IMG/VR virus record: IMGVR_UViG_3300027563_000029
Span: 1-30,133 of that record
Reading direction: 5' to 3' (one strand)
DNA length: 30,133 bases
Source of the DNA: a virus
Taxonomy: Duplodnaviria > Caudoviricetes
Made by a program: the position numbers and the translations under genes. Within the stretch, counting starts at the first letter, position 1. Every line of letters begins with the position of its first letter. The notes beneath the pieces are model-generated. The model searched no databases. It was not told the origin of the DNA and saw only the letters and a list, made by a program, of their open reading frames with translations. Shown in pieces: positions 27,201-30,133 of the stretch.

Positions 27201-27223
27201 TTTGCTATTTGGAAATAGCAAAT
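27200..27223. repeat. Perfect inverted repeat forming the whole inter-tRNA spacer
   Basis: ATTTGCTATTT-GG-AAATAGCAAAT. Confidence 0.8.
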
Positions 27224-27296
27224 GCTCTTTTAGCTCTCTGGCGAAAGCACCGAACTCATAATTCGGCTAAGGTCAGTTCGATCCTGACAAGGAGCA
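27224..27296 (+). tRNA. tRNA(CAU): elongator Met or Ile2
   Basis: GCTCTTT/AAGGAGC; CT-CAT-AA loop; the paired 1:72 argues against an initiator. Confidence 0.88.
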
Positions 27297-27322
27297 TACA
27301 TATTACGACGAGGCAAAAATCC

Positions 27323-27904
27323 ATGACAATCTCACAAGGACTAGTAGAAACTGAAGATGAAGTGCCTGGATTTGAAATCATCCACTTATCTTTTCGTAAA
27401 AAATTATCAGAAAATATGTGTGGCGGCCCAGTAAACTATTACGTTGGTAACATTGTATTTCGTCTTACAGATGAAAGTGCTATCAGTCGTATGAAGTATT
27501 ATCTGGAAGATAATGAAGACATTCGTGTAGCACCAGACCTAGCGTTGATGGAAAAGTATTACGAAGATCTTCACTTTGTCTTTGGTGGTGATGAAGAACA
27601 CGAAGTAGATGGAGAGGTGGAGACATACAGACCACTTGATATTCGTAATACAAACGGTATCAAGGATGAAGATGTATTCATTCGTGCTCATCGTCGCAAC
27701 ACAGCACCGCTTCATGACTTCATTCAATACAACGAAAAATTTAATTGTTACAGAATGCACGAATACTTTCAAGACACTCCAGTAGTTCGTGGTATAATTG
27801 AGTATCTCCAAGATATGAAAGATGGCAAACCAAATCCTAGCCGCACTGTCTACCATGAGCAGTTTCTCAGCACTCTTGAAAACCTGTGCTGGTGGTGGGA
27901 TTGA
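27323..27904 (+). CDS. Acidic hypothetical protein
   Basis: ATG 27323 with GAGG RBS; ends in CWWWD. Confidence 0.8.
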   Translation: MTISQGLVETEDEVPGFEIIHLSFRKKLSENMCGGPVNYYVGNIVFRLTDESAISRMKYYLEDNEDIRVAPDLALMEKYYEDLHFVFGGDEEHEVDGEVETYRPLDIRNTNGIKDEDVFIRAHRRNTAPLHDFIQYNEKFNCYRMHEYFQDTPVVRGIIEYLQDMKDGKPNPSRTVYHEQFLSTLENLCWWWD

Positions 27905-27929
27905 CAAGCATCCTCACCTGTGCTACAAT
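27901..27929 (+). promoter_or_regulatory. sigma70 early promoter
   Basis: TTGACA-17 nt-TACAAT with extended TG. Confidence 0.8.
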
Positions 27930-27951
27930 AAACTGAGTTGAAACCCCACCA

Positions 27952-28194
27952 ATGCTTCGCATCAAAGTTGACCTAGAACCTTTTGGTATGACTATTGGGG
28001 GTAAGCAGCTAGCTGAAATTCGTATTTGGAATTCAACTGGTAAAGGTCTTGCCCCAAGTCATAATTATGAGTATGAAGTATATGAACCATCTCCTCTTGA
28101 AGGAGAACCTATTATGAAACGTGGTAGTATTACCAAATATGATAGGCAACAACCAGTGATTGAATTGATTAAAACTGTACTAAACGACATCTAA
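27952..28194 (+). CDS. Hypothetical early protein
   Basis: 80-aa ORF directly after the promoter. Confidence 0.75.
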   Translation: MLRIKVDLEPFGMTIGGKQLAEIRIWNSTGKGLAPSHNYEYEVYEPSPLEGEPIMKRGSITKYDRQQPVIELIKTVLNDI

Positions 28195-28200
28195 ACTATT

Positions 28201-28512
28201 ATGCAAGACAACGTTAAATACCAATTGGAGAAAGCAGAATCTGCTCTCCGCGAAGCACTCAGTCTGGGTGGTTCTAAAGAAGATACATATCTTCTGAAAC
28301 ATATTGCAGAAACCCTATCCACTATCAATGGTTGGTATGGTGTTTTTGGTCAACAATCTCCACGATATAATGTGAATAAAACCAGAGTAGGAGATTCTAT
28401 TCGATTTGACATGGGTGTTGTTGGTGGGATGGATGAGATGCCAGCATCATATTATGGAGCTGCTGGTGATAGAGTAGTTGGCGGTGCTGGAAATGATGTA
28501 ATTAGTTTTTAG
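28201..28512 (+). CDS. Hypothetical protein
   Basis: 103-aa ORF ending GGAGNDVISF. Confidence 0.75.
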   Translation: MQDNVKYQLEKAESALREALSLGGSKEDTYLLKHIAETLSTINGWYGVFGQQSPRYNVNKTRVGDSIRFDMGVVGGMDEMPASYYGAAGDRVVGGAGNDVISF

Positions 28513-28519
28513 TAACTCA

Positions 28520-28900
28520 TAGTCACGGAGAGACTTTAAAAGAACTGGTGGAGTCAACTTACCCTCTGTATATTATGTTTGGAACTAAGATGAGAATTGT
28601 TGAACAACTCAACAATGGTGATGAAGTAATCACATACTTCTCAGTTGAAATGATTGACAAAAAGTTTTACTACGTGTATAATGATGTCAATCACGGTCCT
28701 TACGAGGACTTTGATGATGCTGTTGACGCAGCATACGAGGATTTAATTCCTCAACCTGTCTCGGAATGACACTAAACGTGCCCTGGTCGGGAACCCCCTC
28801 GATGAGTTTCCAATTTCTCTAAAGAATTGGTGGTGCGGATGGGGTATAACTCCCGCCCAGTTTCTTGCCTCTGGTTAAAGGGCAAGTGGCGAGCCTGAAA
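28520..28900 (+). ncRNA. Large structured RNA, manA-motif-like, interrupted by an ORF
   Basis: Long-range helix 28522-34/28758-70; two tandem H-type pseudoknots; four TAAA-N5-7-TGGY elements; next to tRNAs. The family name is from recall, not a search. Confidence 0.65.
28575..28769 (+). CDS. Small acidic hypothetical protein inside the RNA element
   Basis: ATG at 28575 or 28590; ...HGPYEDFDDAVDAAYE... Confidence 0.65.
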   Translation: MFGTKMRIVEQLNNGDEVITYFSVEMIDKKFYYVYNDVNHGPYEDFDDAVDAAYEDLIPQPVSE

Positions 28901-28901
28901 G

Positions 28902-28920
28902 GAGGAGTGGCGTCCTCTTT
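28902..28920 (+). terminator. Hairpin closing the RNA element
   Basis: GAGGA-GTGGCG-TCCTC-TTT. Confidence 0.4.
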
Positions 28921-28922
28921 AA

Positions 28923-28994
28923 TGGGATGTAGCACAACGGCAGTGCGAAGAGCTGTTAACTCTTAGGTTGCTGGTTCGAATCCAGCCATCCCAG
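28923..28994 (+). tRNA. tRNA-Asn(GUU)
   Basis: TGGGATG/CATCCCA, G73; CT-GTT-AA loop. Confidence 0.94.
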
Positions 28995-29007
28995 TTAGTA
29001 TTATTAC

Positions 29008-29080
29008 AGGAATGTAGCATAGTGGTTAATGCATTCGGCTGATAACCGAAAGATCGTCAGTTCAAATCTGACCATTCCTA
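29008..29080 (+). tRNA. tRNA-Ile(GAU)
   Basis: AGGAATG/CATTCCT, A73; CT-GAT-AA loop. Confidence 0.94.
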
Positions 29081-29093
29081 TCACTCTTGGGCA

Positions 29094-29183
29094 TCAATGT
29101 AGAGTAGATCCCATAGTCATGCTCAAATAAATGGATATGCCGATGGTTGAAAAAAGTATTGTTGCGTTAAGCAAAGTTCGCAT
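29094..29183 (-). CDS. 29-aa hydrophobic peptide
   Basis: MRTLLNATILFSTIGISIYLSMTMGSTLH*; GAGGT just upstream. Confidence 0.45.
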   Translation of the reverse strand: MRTLLNATILFSTIGISIYLSMTMGSTLH

Positions 29184-29310
29184 ATACCTCTTCTGACATG
29201 ATTATATCTCCTTCTTTTCTGTGAATGTCTAAGAATTTTTTACCCCAAGGAATAACACGCACTTCAGTAGTGCCATTCCACTTTAATAAAAGAATTTTTA
29301 AATGTCGCAT
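29167..29310 (-). CDS. 47-aa hypothetical protein
   Basis: MRHLKILLLKWNGTTEVRVIPWGKKFLDIHRKEGDIIMSEEVYANFA*; TAAATA upstream on -. Confidence 0.5.
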   Translation of the reverse strand: MRHLKILLLKWNGTTEVRVIPWGKKFLDIHRKEGDIIMSEEVYANFA

Positions 29311-29478
29311 ATGATATTTAATTCAAAGGTATTTAGATTTTATTCTAACAACAACCCAGTATTCATCAGGGTTTACTGACAATTGGTGTGGGGGTGGACA
29401 TCACTCCTACCTCTTGTAATGTAATATACTGGCAGATGTTTTCCCTAAATATACTAGGAAAGACCTTGCTATAAATGG

Positions 29479-30133
29479 ATGTCACGAATTAGAGCAGACG
29501 TAGTAGTAAATAGAGATGCTGACGGTCCAGTTCAGGCTTCTGAAGGACTAGTTATTCCTCAATCAAAACCATTAACAATTGGATCTAACTCTGGTATTTC
29601 TGGTCAATATTTAAAATCAACTGGAACTGGACTGAGTTGGACAACTTTTCCAACGATACCAGCAGCTCAAGTTGCCTCGGATTGGAATGCAAGTACTGGT
29701 ATCTCTGCTATTTTAAACAAACCAACCTTGTTTAGTGGAAGTTACACTGATTTAACTAATAAACCAACAATTCCTGGAGCGTATACATTACCAACCGCAA
29801 CTAGCTCTTCTCTTGGTGGTATTAAAATTGGATCTGGTTTAATAATTGATGGCAGTGGAGTGGTTACGGTTGCTGGTATACAAAATGTTTACGCAGGTGT
29901 CGCTAATTTTCCAGCAGCAAATTTATCTACTGGCATATTTGCTTATGCTACCTCAACTGGGTCAATGTATTACTCCAACGCAGTAAGTTGGACCAGTCAA
30001 AGAATTGTAACTACAAATAGCTCAACAAGTTCTGATTTTGCTACGTTACTTGCGAATACTCAACTCACATATTCTACTAGTGTGGTTGACGTTACTTCTG
30101 GAAACACTGCTTTTAATTTAGCAAGGAAAATTT
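29479..30133 (+). CDS. Tail-fibre-like structural protein (3' truncated)
   Basis: MSRIRAD...GQYLKSTGTGLSW...SDWNA...ILNKP...SGSYTDLTNKPTIP..YTLPTAT..SLGGIKIG; TAAATA at 29446. Confidence 0.85.
   Translation, partial: MSRIRADVVVNRDADGPVQASEGLVIPQSKPLTIGSNSGISGQYLKSTGTGLSWTTFPTIPAAQVASDWNASTGISAILNKPTLFSGSYTDLTNKPTIPGAYTLPTATSSSLGGIKIGSGLIIDGSGVVTVAGIQNVYAGVANFPAANLSTGIFAYATSTGSMYYSNAVSWTSQRIVTTNSSTSSDFATLLANTQLTYSTSVVDVTSGNTAFNLARKI

Noticed and set aside
27209-27322. N-terminal extension of ORF 27209..27904
   Set aside because: Overlaps tRNA(CAU); ATG 27323 has an RBS
29356-29432. Hammerhead ribozyme (CTGATGA on the minus strand)
   Set aside because: No correctly placed GAAA core or cleavage triplet

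Overview
This window is a segment of a T4-like (Kyanoviridae-type) cyanomyovirus genome, probably a freshwater picocyanobacterial phage (inferred from gene order and content). Left: the end of hsp20, two paralogous small genes, then gp43 DNA polymerase, UvsX, gp41 helicase and MazG. Next: a PD-(D/E)xK-like nuclease, a ligase-motif protein, a cytidylyltransferase, late/virion genes, gp61 primase and nrdA/nrdB. Middle: a lysis-like cluster (C39 peptidase and GH24 lysozyme sharing an N-terminal domain, holin candidate, lipase, SNase), then a late minus-strand four-gene operon of exported/membrane proteins and a third, exported muramidase with a structured leader. Right: ten tRNA genes interleaved with a DUF401-like transporter, glutaredoxin and a solo Phd/YefM-like gene, a large manA-like structured RNA with an ORF inside it, and the start of a tail-fibre gene. 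There are many near-consensus sigma70 (early) promoters and TAAATA (late) promoters. Best leads: a non-canonical V-arm tRNA(UAU), the ORF-containing repeated-pseudoknot RNA, the four-gene envelope operon, and the nuclease/ligase-like/nucleotidyltransferase trio. Family names come from motif recognition only; no database search was run.
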